NCBI GenBank assembly: GCA_051867975.1
Contig: JBJDZM010000002.1
Span: 3,307-67,306, forward strand
Direction: 5' to 3'
DNA: 64,000 nucleotides
Origin: Eubacteriales bacterium
Lineage (GTDB): Bacteria > Bacillota > Clostridia > Oscillospirales > CAG-272
The notes below the pieces were generated by a model. The model did not search any database. It was given only the letters and a program-made list of their open reading frames with translations, and was not told where the DNA came from. Made by a program: the position numbers and the translations under genes. This document shows, piece by piece, positions 56,265-64,000 of the stretch; positions within the stretch are counted from its first letter, which is position 1; every line of letters starts with the position of its first letter.

Positions 56265-57094
56265 TGTTCTTCTCCGGGATTAACTCGATAAGCAGTAAAT
56301 GTGTGATGAGTGTGACGTTGTGATTCGGGGGGGAGTATCATATAATCACCATACAGTTTTCTAAGGTAGGCATCATATCCTCGCAAGGCTCTGACTTCTC
56401 TGCCCTCAAATACCACTTTGATACAGTCAAAATACTCCTCTCGCGGAAGAATCGTTTTCTCTCTGAATGAACCCGAAAGTGCTCCCGCATATTTAGATGA
56501 ATAGAAATCGTATTTCGCATTTGCCTTATCCAATTTTCGAGCAATTCTATTTGCAGAGACATTGCGCGTAATCAAAAACAAGGCAAATCTTATCGGCTCA
56601 TAAACAATCGAATGAGTTGTGCTTTTAGAATACTTTTTCATTCCTGCGCAGGTCATTAAAAGTTGTTTGAATTTTCCACGTTTAACATTCTTCTTTGCTT
56701 GTTTAACTGAATCTCCCAATCCATCTACCGGAAAAATATCAATGCTTACGCCCATATTTGCTCCATTAATGTTAGTGACTTGGTCTTCGATGACAGTCGA
56801 TGTATCGCACACTTTGGCAAAAACATCTTGATAATATGGATTATTATTGCAACACACTACTTTGAGTCCATCCTTGCCGTCACCAAAGTATTCTATCAGT
56901 TCACAATAATCCTTTCGCGGCATCATAATGTCAATATCGTCGTCCCAAGGAATGAATCCCTTATGTCGTATGGCACCTATAAGCGTTCCTGCTGTAATTG
57001 AGTAGTTCCAACCTTTTTGATTGCAAAGTTGGTCAATTTTCATCAAAATATCCAGTGCTATTTCTTTTATTTCGTTATCTTGAATTGGTTTCAT
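56261..57094 (-). CDS. LicD family phosphotransferase
   Basis: GTLIGAIRHKGFIPWDDDIDIMMPRKDY signature. Preferred start MKPIQDNE follows GGAGGA. Confidence 0.85.
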   Translation of the reverse strand: MKPIQDNEIKEIALDILMKIDQLCNQKGWNYSITAGTLIGAIRHKGFIPWDDDIDIMMPRKDYCELIEYFGDGKDGLKVVCCNNNPYYQDVFAKVCDTSTVIEDQVTNINGANMGVSIDIFPVDGLGDSVKQAKKNVKRGKFKQLLMTCAGMKKYSKSTTHSIVYEPIRFALFLITRNVSANRIARKLDKANAKYDFYSSKYAGALSGSFREKTILPREEYFDCIKVVFEGREVRALRGYDAYLRKLYGDYMILPPESQRHTHHTFTAYRVNPGEEQ

Positions 57095-57172
57095 TATGTC
57101 CTCCAAGTTAATCCTTTATAATCAAGAATACCTAATTCCCCTTGCTGCTAAAGATTCACACTTTTTAATAAA

Positions 57173-58642
57173 TCATCGTTTAATCATTTTTCTTAAGTGT
57201 TTCATATCATCTTTTGCAAAAATGAAGAACATCACGCAGTAGCACAGTACACAAATTAAAATTGAAACGATTTGCCAATAAAGAGAATCAAAAAGATTCT
57301 TTGTGAAAAAACCGACAACGTACATGCCCGCAGTCAGTAATGCAGGCTTCGCCAAATTTTTTATTACTCTTTTGATGGATATTTTAAAGACCTTAGAGAT
57401 AATTATCAAACTCGGAATTACAATATCCAATCTGGCAATACATCTGATTATAACGAATGTTTCCAAACCATATTTGACACCAATAACACAGCAAGGAATC
57501 AAAATCAGCATGTCCAGCAGTTGAAGATACACTGAAATTTTAGGTTTTCCTTTAGAAATATATATTGCGCTGTTTATACTGACCAGCAAAATTCTGAGGA
57601 TTGAAACAACCGACCACAACGCAATCACGAACTCGGCATCTTCCCATCCTGAACCAAACACGATTTTTACTGCTAATTCACGAAATAAAAATATGCCCAC
57701 ACCCATCGGCAATAAAATATAGGCTAAAATCCGTTGCATATTAAAAAATGTGTTGTTATACTCTTCGTCATCATCACATTTTGAAAGAGCAACAATTAAT
57801 ACATTTGTTATTCCGTACTGAGGGATGGAGAGCACACCGTTTACTACACTCTGTGAATTTTTATATATTCCGAGATTGTGAGAATTCATTCTATTCCCCA
57901 CTATGAATGAATCAAACCAGGATGTTGCCCAAACGGATATTCCTTCAACCATTATCCACATACTAAAGGAAAAGATGTTTTTCAACCTCCGGAAACTATA
58001 ATAGAAATGCGGTCTCCATACCGCACGAACCGACAGTATTAAAGAGCGAAGCAAATATCCCACTATATTACCAATGATTATTGCCCAATATCCAATTCCG
58101 CTAAAGGCTAAAGACAGGGTAACACCTAAAGTTACAATAGATGAAATCAGTTGGCTTACAAAAGGTCTTCTGAAGTTGTATTCCCTATGATAAACGGCTG
58201 TTTGAATACTGGAAAGCGCTGTTATCGGCAACTGCATACACGCAATAACCATAGCAAACTCTAATTCGGGATTTCCCAATACAAAACATATCGGCTCCCT
58301 GAAAAGCGAAATTATTGCCCATAATAATACTGATATGGAAAGGTGTGTCCAAAACGCAACATCGGAATCCTTAGATAATTCCGAAGAATCTTTGTAGTCC
58401 TTACTGACGATATACTTTTGAAATCCCGATTCACTTATTGTGTCTGCAAAGCTGGTTACCATTGTTATGGTAGCAATTGCTCCAAACACTTCAGGTGCAA
58501 ACAGACGCGCCAATATCATATTAGAAAGGGGCGGAATTATCTTCGCAATAATTTGGGTCAAAAAAGACCATGATGTAGCTTTTGCTATCTTTTTATCATT
58601 CATAACCAACTTACTTGCCCCTTTTGTTAAATATTCATACAA
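57173..58642 (-). CDS. Oligosaccharide flippase (Wzx, MOP superfamily)
   Basis: 489 aa, ~12-14 TM helices, N-terminal pattern of polysaccharide biosynthesis proteins. Start codon uncertain. Confidence 0.75.
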   Translation of the reverse strand: MYEYLTKGASKLVMNDKKIAKATSWSFLTQIIAKIIPPLSNMILARLFAPEVFGAIATITMVTSFADTISESGFQKYIVSKDYKDSSELSKDSDVAFWTHLSISVLLWAIISLFREPICFVLGNPELEFAMVIACMQLPITALSSIQTAVYHREYNFRRPFVSQLISSIVTLGVTLSLAFSGIGYWAIIIGNIVGYLLRSLILSVRAVWRPHFYYSFRRLKNIFSFSMWIMVEGISVWATSWFDSFIVGNRMNSHNLGIYKNSQSVVNGVLSIPQYGITNVLIVALSKCDDDEEYNNTFFNMQRILAYILLPMGVGIFLFRELAVKIVFGSGWEDAEFVIALWSVVSILRILLVSINSAIYISKGKPKISVYLQLLDMLILIPCCVIGVKYGLETFVIIRCIARLDIVIPSLIIISKVFKISIKRVIKNLAKPALLTAGMYVVGFFTKNLFDSLYWQIVSILICVLCYCVMFFIFAKDDMKHLRKMIKR

Positions 58643-58709
58643 ATTAATAGAGCTCTGTGCAAACTAATAACGAATTCTTAATAGACAGTCTAAAACGGTT
58701 CTTGCTCCA

Positions 58710-59405
58710 TTAGTTCAATTTTAATATTTTCCATATTTCCTTTCTTTTCAATCTCCATTCAGGAATATCATCAATAATTTGAGATGATTTTGCATAGAAA
58801 GGGATTACTACACTATTCTCTAACCCTTCATACCTTTGCTTTGTGAAAATGATTTTGTTTTTGTATGGCAATGAATTAAAGATATATAAATCCTCTTTTT
58901 CACATAAATTCATTTCAGAAAATTTAACAATTAAATTGTCTCGGTTAACTCTTGATAATCTTTTATTCCATTTTTCTTCTGCCACTTTAGGATCCTTGTA
59001 ATGTAAAAAAATAATTTCTATATCGTCCAACACTCCTACCGGCACATCTTGCTGACCTTTAAGAATAAGTATGTCTTTATATCTTGACTCATTATATGTA
59101 ATCATTTTTAATTTGCAAGATAAATAATACTCAATATTAGAAACGAATTTTATATAATCCTTCGCGAAAAAATACGAACCTACCGTTGGAGAGAGCTTAT
59201 TTAATCCGCAGTACTCATATACTGTTCCTCCCCAGCAGTTATTTGAAATGATAGTAAAGGTTTGACCTTTATATTGTTGAAATCTCTTCTTTTCTGTAAA
59301 TCTATCTGCCAATTTATAGAAACACCTCAGAATCTTAGTTCTAGCTCTTTTAACTAATCTCTTTTTTTCTCTTTGTTCGATTCTTATTTTTTCAATATCA
59401 TTCAT
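58710..59405 (-). CDS. DUF1919 family protein (exopolysaccharide-associated)
   Basis: TIISNNCWGGTVYEY motif typical of DUF1919. ATGA overlap with the upstream acyltransferase gene. Confidence 0.6.
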   Translation of the reverse strand: MNDIEKIRIEQREKKRLVKRARTKILRCFYKLADRFTEKKRFQQYKGQTFTIISNNCWGGTVYEYCGLNKLSPTVGSYFFAKDYIKFVSNIEYYLSCKLKMITYNESRYKDILILKGQQDVPVGVLDDIEIIFLHYKDPKVAEEKWNKRLSRVNRDNLIVKFSEMNLCEKEDLYIFNSLPYKNKIIFTKQRYEGLENSVVIPFYAKSSQIIDDIPEWRLKRKEIWKILKLN

Positions 59406-60427
59406 GGGGTTTTCTCCTGCTTTTTCTTACATATCGGATTTTCTATAAATTTATGCATTAGATATCCTAAAGTTATTAATACGATTATCGGCAATAAAAT
59501 AATCCATTCGCTCTTAAGACCTGCGCGATACAAATTAACAATCATGACATATCCAATATTTTGATGTATTAAATATAACGGATACGAAATGGATGCAATA
59601 AAAGTCAGCGGATACAACACTTTTCTCATCATACTCGGGGGTTCAACATTGGATTTTTCCATTAAGATGATCCCCACAAGCAGAACATTGGATAATAAAA
59701 AGAAAAAGCCATAATCCAAATTAAACATCCTGAATTGCGTGGCAATACATAGCAACCAACCCACAGTATTTACCACATACTCAAATGCTTTTTTACTGTT
59801 AAACAGAAAAAAGACAAATCCTCCTGCCAGAAACATGTGTGCATATTGAGCCATGAATAATTTGTTGGCTAAAGAATATACAATACCATAGCCTTCAAAG
59901 AAAGGAATTATGTTTGCAATAAGGAGCCATATGATTGCTATAAATGAGAACTTTGTTTTTTGCTTCAAAAACACCATGAAGAACGCCATAAAGAAATAAA
60001 AAATCAACTCGTTTGCTAACGTCCAATATGCGCCATCCACCGGCTCGACTCCCAAAAACGATTCGAGCATTGTCAGATTAATGAGGAACGATTTTAGCGA
60101 CACGGCTCTTTCAACCAAAAAAAATTTTGTAACGACAAAGGTCAAAATTACAGCACACCAATAACATGGAAATAGCCGAACCAACTTGCTTTTCACATAC
60201 GTCCAAACTGTTGTATCTTCTTTATAGTGCCTTAATGATAGGTATCCGCTTAGCAAAAAAAACACGCACACACCCATGTAACCAAACGGAATTTTAAAAG
60301 TCCATCTCTCACTGAGCTCGGGAAACAGCTCCACAATCCTGGTTGTGTAATGATATAACACGACCAACAAGCATGCTAACCCTCTCATATAATCAAAACC
60401 GTGTATTCTCTTTTTCTCAATACTCAT
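59402..60427 (-). CDS. Acyltransferase family 3 membrane protein (putative O-acetyltransferase)
   Basis: RIHGFDYMRGLACLLVVLYH N-terminus and ~10 TM helices. Confidence 0.8.
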   Translation of the reverse strand: MSIEKKRIHGFDYMRGLACLLVVLYHYTTRIVELFPELSERWTFKIPFGYMGVCVFFLLSGYLSLRHYKEDTTVWTYVKSKLVRLFPCYWCAVILTFVVTKFFLVERAVSLKSFLINLTMLESFLGVEPVDGAYWTLANELIFYFFMAFFMVFLKQKTKFSFIAIIWLLIANIIPFFEGYGIVYSLANKLFMAQYAHMFLAGGFVFFLFNSKKAFEYVVNTVGWLLCIATQFRMFNLDYGFFFLLSNVLLVGIILMEKSNVEPPSMMRKVLYPLTFIASISYPLYLIHQNIGYVMIVNLYRAGLKSEWIILLPIIVLITLGYLMHKFIENPICKKKQEKTP

Positions 60428-60444
60428 ATGGGCCCATATGTTCC

Positions 60445-61641
60445 TTAGTTCTCTTTTATTTTCGGTATAGAAGGTTTTTTATTTATGACATTCAGATAAG
60501 CATAAACAATAGCTATAAGAATTTGTGTATACGCAGAAATATACATGACCATCGTGATAAAGGAAAATAATAACACCGCGCAAATTATTATCATTGTATA
60601 ATCCAGCGTGGTTTTTTGTTTCACTTTAATGCCCTTGAACATTAGAGATATGGTTGGCCAATAATATAACAACGCAATTGGTATTCCGTAACTGCACATT
60701 ACTTCAAGATAGTCACAATGGCAATATACACCAATTCCGCTCTTTGATGCGAAATTTCCCAATCCAATTCCAAAAATCGGACTGCCCTTTACAAATTTCC
60801 AAGCCAATGCCATATATTTTTCTCTTAAATCAATGCTTGACGATTCGGATGCCCCATGAAAAAAAGCATTTATCATTGACTCGACTCGTCGTCCGATTGT
60901 CTGATATAGACTTTCGTTTGTCATGATAACTTGATAACCTACAAACAAGACAACCGCAAGACCCAAAACAGCAAATATCAGATTTTTCTTTTTTTCCAAG
61001 CCGATTGTGTATATCAGAACAGTGGCTAATACTAAGGCTAACAGGGCCTTCCTTGATCCTGAGAACAGTACAATTGCTGTCAGGAGAATGTACGAAACAG
61101 CATAAAACCATCTATGTTTTTCGGATTTGTTTCTAAATAAACAAATCGAAATAATTGCTGCAATCGCGGCTTTATTACCGACATCATTTGCGTTATATCC
61201 AATTGCTTCACCCAGTCTGTCAAAACTCATCCAAGCAGAGATCGGGGTGGAAATGAGCAACCTTATAAACAATATTAAACCGCCAATTGCAAAAAATTTT
61301 AAAAATTGTACTATCTGTTTTTTTTCGCGTAAATATGCGCTGAATGTGAAAGCAATTAAAAAACACTGTATTACATTGATTAAGGTATGTGTCGCCAGAC
61401 CGAGATCCCCCGCAATCAACGTTGCAAAAACCGATGCAACAATCATTAAAAAACACCATATTTGATATTTGTTAATGGCACCGCGCCTTACTATCAGCCA
61501 ATAATACCCATATACTAAAATAAATACTATTTTTATCGGATAAGTAATATATTTTTCTTCATTAAATGCCCATATTGAAATAATTAGCAAAAACCCCATT
61601 AATTGACACAACGAAGGAAGTTTTTTATATAAAAATTTCAT
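60445..61641 (-). CDS. O-antigen ligase/polymerase family membrane protein (Wzy-like)
   Basis: 398-aa polytopic protein within a Wzx-type locus, with a large loop containing GSRKALLAL. Confidence 0.6.
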   Translation of the reverse strand: MKFLYKKLPSLCQLMGFLLIISIWAFNEEKYITYPIKIVFILVYGYYWLIVRRGAINKYQIWCFLMIVASVFATLIAGDLGLATHTLINVIQCFLIAFTFSAYLREKKQIVQFLKFFAIGGLILFIRLLISTPISAWMSFDRLGEAIGYNANDVGNKAAIAAIISICLFRNKSEKHRWFYAVSYILLTAIVLFSGSRKALLALVLATVLIYTIGLEKKKNLIFAVLGLAVVLFVGYQVIMTNESLYQTIGRRVESMINAFFHGASESSSIDLREKYMALAWKFVKGSPIFGIGLGNFASKSGIGVYCHCDYLEVMCSYGIPIALLYYWPTISLMFKGIKVKQKTTLDYTMIIICAVLLFSFITMVMYISAYTQILIAIVYAYLNVINKKPSIPKIKEN

Positions 61642-61646
61642 AATGG

Positions 61647-62738
61647 TTATCTCCGTTGCATAAGAAGTTGTTCGTATTTCTCATGGGTATTTGAAGCGAT
61701 GGTATCCCAATCATATTGCTTTGACAGTTCCCACGCATTTATCTGTTTTCGGTCAAATTCGGGAATATCCTTCATCATTCTTGTCAACGCGTCCGAAATA
61801 CTGTTTGTATCCACCTTTGCTGTCCATCCTGCATCAAAGCGTTCGACAACATCTGTCATATTTGTTCCGTCTGTAATCAAACACGGAAGTCCGTAACTCA
61901 TTGCCTCGATGAGAGACATCGGCATGCCTTCGAATCTGGAGGTCATCACGAAAAAATCTGCATTTTCAAGGACAGACTGCTTTTCTATACCAAAAACTCC
62001 TTCTCGAATTATTATCAATTCTCCCATATCCTTTTGAAGTATCTGTTCTTGGTATTCTTCTCTGCAGTTGTATCTCTTTGGTCCGTACAGCTCAATTACA
62101 ACATTATTCTCTTGCATGTTTTTTTTGCACGATACACATGCATCAAGCAATAAATCCAGCCCTTTTTGAACAGGCTCGAACCTTCCGATGTAAACGCCCC
62201 TGATTACCGAGCCTCTTTCTTTGGTTTTAAACGGTTTTCTCTCTATACCGTTACCGATGACAAATGAATTTTTGCACCATGAGTTGCCTGAATCACTCAA
62301 TTCCTTTTCTGTCAGGTAATGTACCGCCAAGGCATGCTTTGTCATGGGCTTGAATAACAATATATTCGCCAAAAGCTTCTTGATTCTCTTCCGGCTCTGC
62401 CCCTGTTTTGTGAGTGCGCTCCTCGGTACTACGACATAAGGAATTTTTCTTCTTCTGCACTCACGTGAAAGGAGCGCATCATCTACATAGTAAAAGCTTT
62501 CGAAAACCACTAAATCGGGTTTGTCAAACGGTTTTGGCAAATCAGATATTTTTTTGCTCTGATATTCCTCTATTCCGTGAAACAGCCCCGTATCCAACCA
62601 ACTTTGCTGCTTTGCCGATGTCAGATTCCACCAAAAAACACTATCATACTTTGACTGGGCTTTTATCTGAGCAGGCACACTGTAATTAGGTCCTTCGGAA
62701 ATTGCATCCGTCAGGTGAGAAATATATAAAATATTCAT
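61647..62738 (-). CDS. Glycosyltransferase family 4 (GT-B, GT1-type)
   Basis: EGMPMSLIEAMSYGLPCLITD (E-x7-E region). Preferred start MNILYISHL follows AAAAGGAGAA. Confidence 0.8.
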   Translation of the reverse strand: MNILYISHLTDAISEGPNYSVPAQIKAQSKYDSVFWWNLTSAKQQSWLDTGLFHGIEEYQSKKISDLPKPFDKPDLVVFESFYYVDDALLSRECRRRKIPYVVVPRSALTKQGQSRKRIKKLLANILLFKPMTKHALAVHYLTEKELSDSGNSWCKNSFVIGNGIERKPFKTKERGSVIRGVYIGRFEPVQKGLDLLLDACVSCKKNMQENNVVIELYGPKRYNCREEYQEQILQKDMGELIIIREGVFGIEKQSVLENADFFVMTSRFEGMPMSLIEAMSYGLPCLITDGTNMTDVVERFDAGWTAKVDTNSISDALTRMMKDIPEFDRKQINAWELSKQYDWDTIASNTHEKYEQLLMQRR

Positions 62739-62813
62739 GTTTATATTCTCCTTTTCCAAAGCTCAATTTTTTCTTGTTAGTGACTCTATCGATGAATCTG
62801 CTGATTTTCACGT

Positions 62814-63638
62814 TCACTGTCTATGTAACAAGGTTTTAAAAATCAACCCTCTTAATTTGTTTGGCATCAATGCAACGATAAATTGTACAAGCAGAGTATA
62901 ACGGTAGTCCCACCAACCTATATATCCTGTTTGATATACCATCTTTCGTCCTTGCTTATACTTCTTATAATATTTCCAACCGCCGCGACGCTTAAACATA
63001 TCTTTTCCGACCCGGAAATAAAGCAGGAAATCATCTATGTTTTTTGCCTTTGCACCGTGCAAAAATAAATTTACCCACAGATATGTATCTTCCATCAGAG
63101 GGCAGCTTTGATAATTTCCTGCCTCTAATACTTTTGACTTTTTAAACATCACAGTAGGATGATTAAATCCGTCTCTCCTCTTCTGATATTTCTTTATTTC
63201 GGAATCGGTCAGCGGAACGGTTCTTTTTGCAACAATGTTGTCTATCGAATCTTCAAATTCCAAAATATGACTTCCGCATATATCCAATTCGGGATCTTTT
63301 TCAAACTCGGACAGCTGTCTCTCAAACCTGTCTTTCCTTGATATATCATCTGTGTCCATGCGAGCAATCAGATTGTTTGAGCAGTGCAAAACGCCTTCGC
63401 GAAGAGCCAAGCCAAGCCCTTGATTTTCTTTCAACGGAACCCGTTTGATCAACCCCGGGCATCTGCTCTCATATTCGTCGAGAAGAATGTATAATTCGTC
63501 GGTTAAGGGGCCGTCCTCGACAATCACCCATTCATCGGCTAATACTGTTTGATTCAACAAACTATCGAAACACGCTCTCGCATACTCGGGTTTTTCTTTT
63601 ATATAGAGCGACATTAATACTGAAAATTTTTCACTCAT
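62814..63638 (-). CDS. Glycosyltransferase family 2
   Basis: FSVLMSLYIKEKPEYARACFDSLLNQT and DTDD motifs. Confidence 0.8.
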   Translation of the reverse strand: MSEKFSVLMSLYIKEKPEYARACFDSLLNQTVLADEWVIVEDGPLTDELYILLDEYESRCPGLIKRVPLKENQGLGLALREGVLHCSNNLIARMDTDDISRKDRFERQLSEFEKDPELDICGSHILEFEDSIDNIVAKRTVPLTDSEIKKYQKRRDGFNHPTVMFKKSKVLEAGNYQSCPLMEDTYLWVNLFLHGAKAKNIDDFLLYFRVGKDMFKRRGGWKYYKKYKQGRKMVYQTGYIGWWDYRYTLLVQFIVALMPNKLRGLIFKTLLHRQ

Positions 63639-64000
63639 TTATTCGATGTCTCCTGTTCAGATACGGTTGCATTATCAACATAATCACCTTTATACTCTTT
63701 GCCCAATACTGCAAACACGGTTTTAAACATCGTACCAATATCACCGAAAAAACTGAATCTTTCAATGCTTTTCAGGTTGTAATACATTTTACCGGGCAAC
63801 ACCTTATTAACATAGACCTCGTCTATGTTTTCAGCACCATCCAGCAGTCTGTCCTCATCCTTGTAAAGAATACTCGCCTCAGATGTCACACCTGCCGGCA
63901 GAAGCAGTGTCGCCATCATAACAGGTGAGTATCGGTCCACATATTTCGCGACCTCGGGTCTTGTGCCGACAAATGTCATTGTTCCTTGGAAGACATCAAT
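63635..64000 (-). CDS. Bacterial sugar transferase (polyprenyl-phosphate hexose-1-phosphate transferase), C-terminal part; gene continues past the window end
   Basis: ...IDVFQGTMTFVGTRPEV...LLLPAGVTSEASILY matches the conserved catalytic C-domain of WbaP/EpsL-type priming enzymes. ATGA overlap with the GT2 gene. Confidence 0.75.
   Translation of the reverse strand: MDVFQGTMTFVGTRPEVAKYVDRYSPVMMATLLLPAGVTSEASILYKDEDRLLDGAENIDEVYVNKVLPGKMYYNLKSIERFSFFGDIGTMFKTVFAVLGKEYKGDYVDNATVSEQETSNK

Overview
The window looks like a chromosomal segment from an endospore-forming Firmicute (Clostridia). Evidence is an alpha/beta-type SASP, the spoIIAA-spoIIAB-sigF operon, an SleB-like cortex hydrolase, and consensus sigma-A promoters. 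Gene density is high and most genes are on the minus strand. Housekeeping content includes a T-box-controlled tyrS, an EF-G paralogue, hflX-yigZ-tatD, rpmE, a U32 peptidase-zapA pair, proB, degV, an L-serine dehydratase, a feoA-feoB operon with DtxR-type regulators, rpmH-rnpA-yidD-yidC-jag, holA, mnmE and ymdB. Two visibly AT-richer accessory blocks stand out. (1) About 20.1-24.8 kb is a four-gene minus-strand operon behind a consensus promoter and a terminator-containing leader. It encodes a BspA-type LRR protein, an 892-aa secreted multidomain protein with a DUF4329-like C-terminus, a small NTF2-like lipoprotein (probable immunity protein) and an orphan ORF. (2) About 50.2-64.0 kb is a 13-gene Wzx/Wzy-type glycan locus. 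Its distal end couples a LicD transferase to a TagD-like cytidylyltransferase fused to an oxidoreductase, a class-V aminotransferase, an SDR and a MenD-like ThDP enzyme. I consider this cassette the best candidate for undescribed chemistry. Non-coding signals include a structured intergenic element present as two inverted long copies with a covarying hairpin, a palindrome-plus-AAAAACTTTTAATA motif family, a 112/113-bp tandem repeat in the degV leader, and four 16-bp palindromic operators around feoA/feoB. I saw no rRNA, tRNA, CRISPR array, transposase or integrase. All functional calls come from motif recognition by eye, not from database searches.
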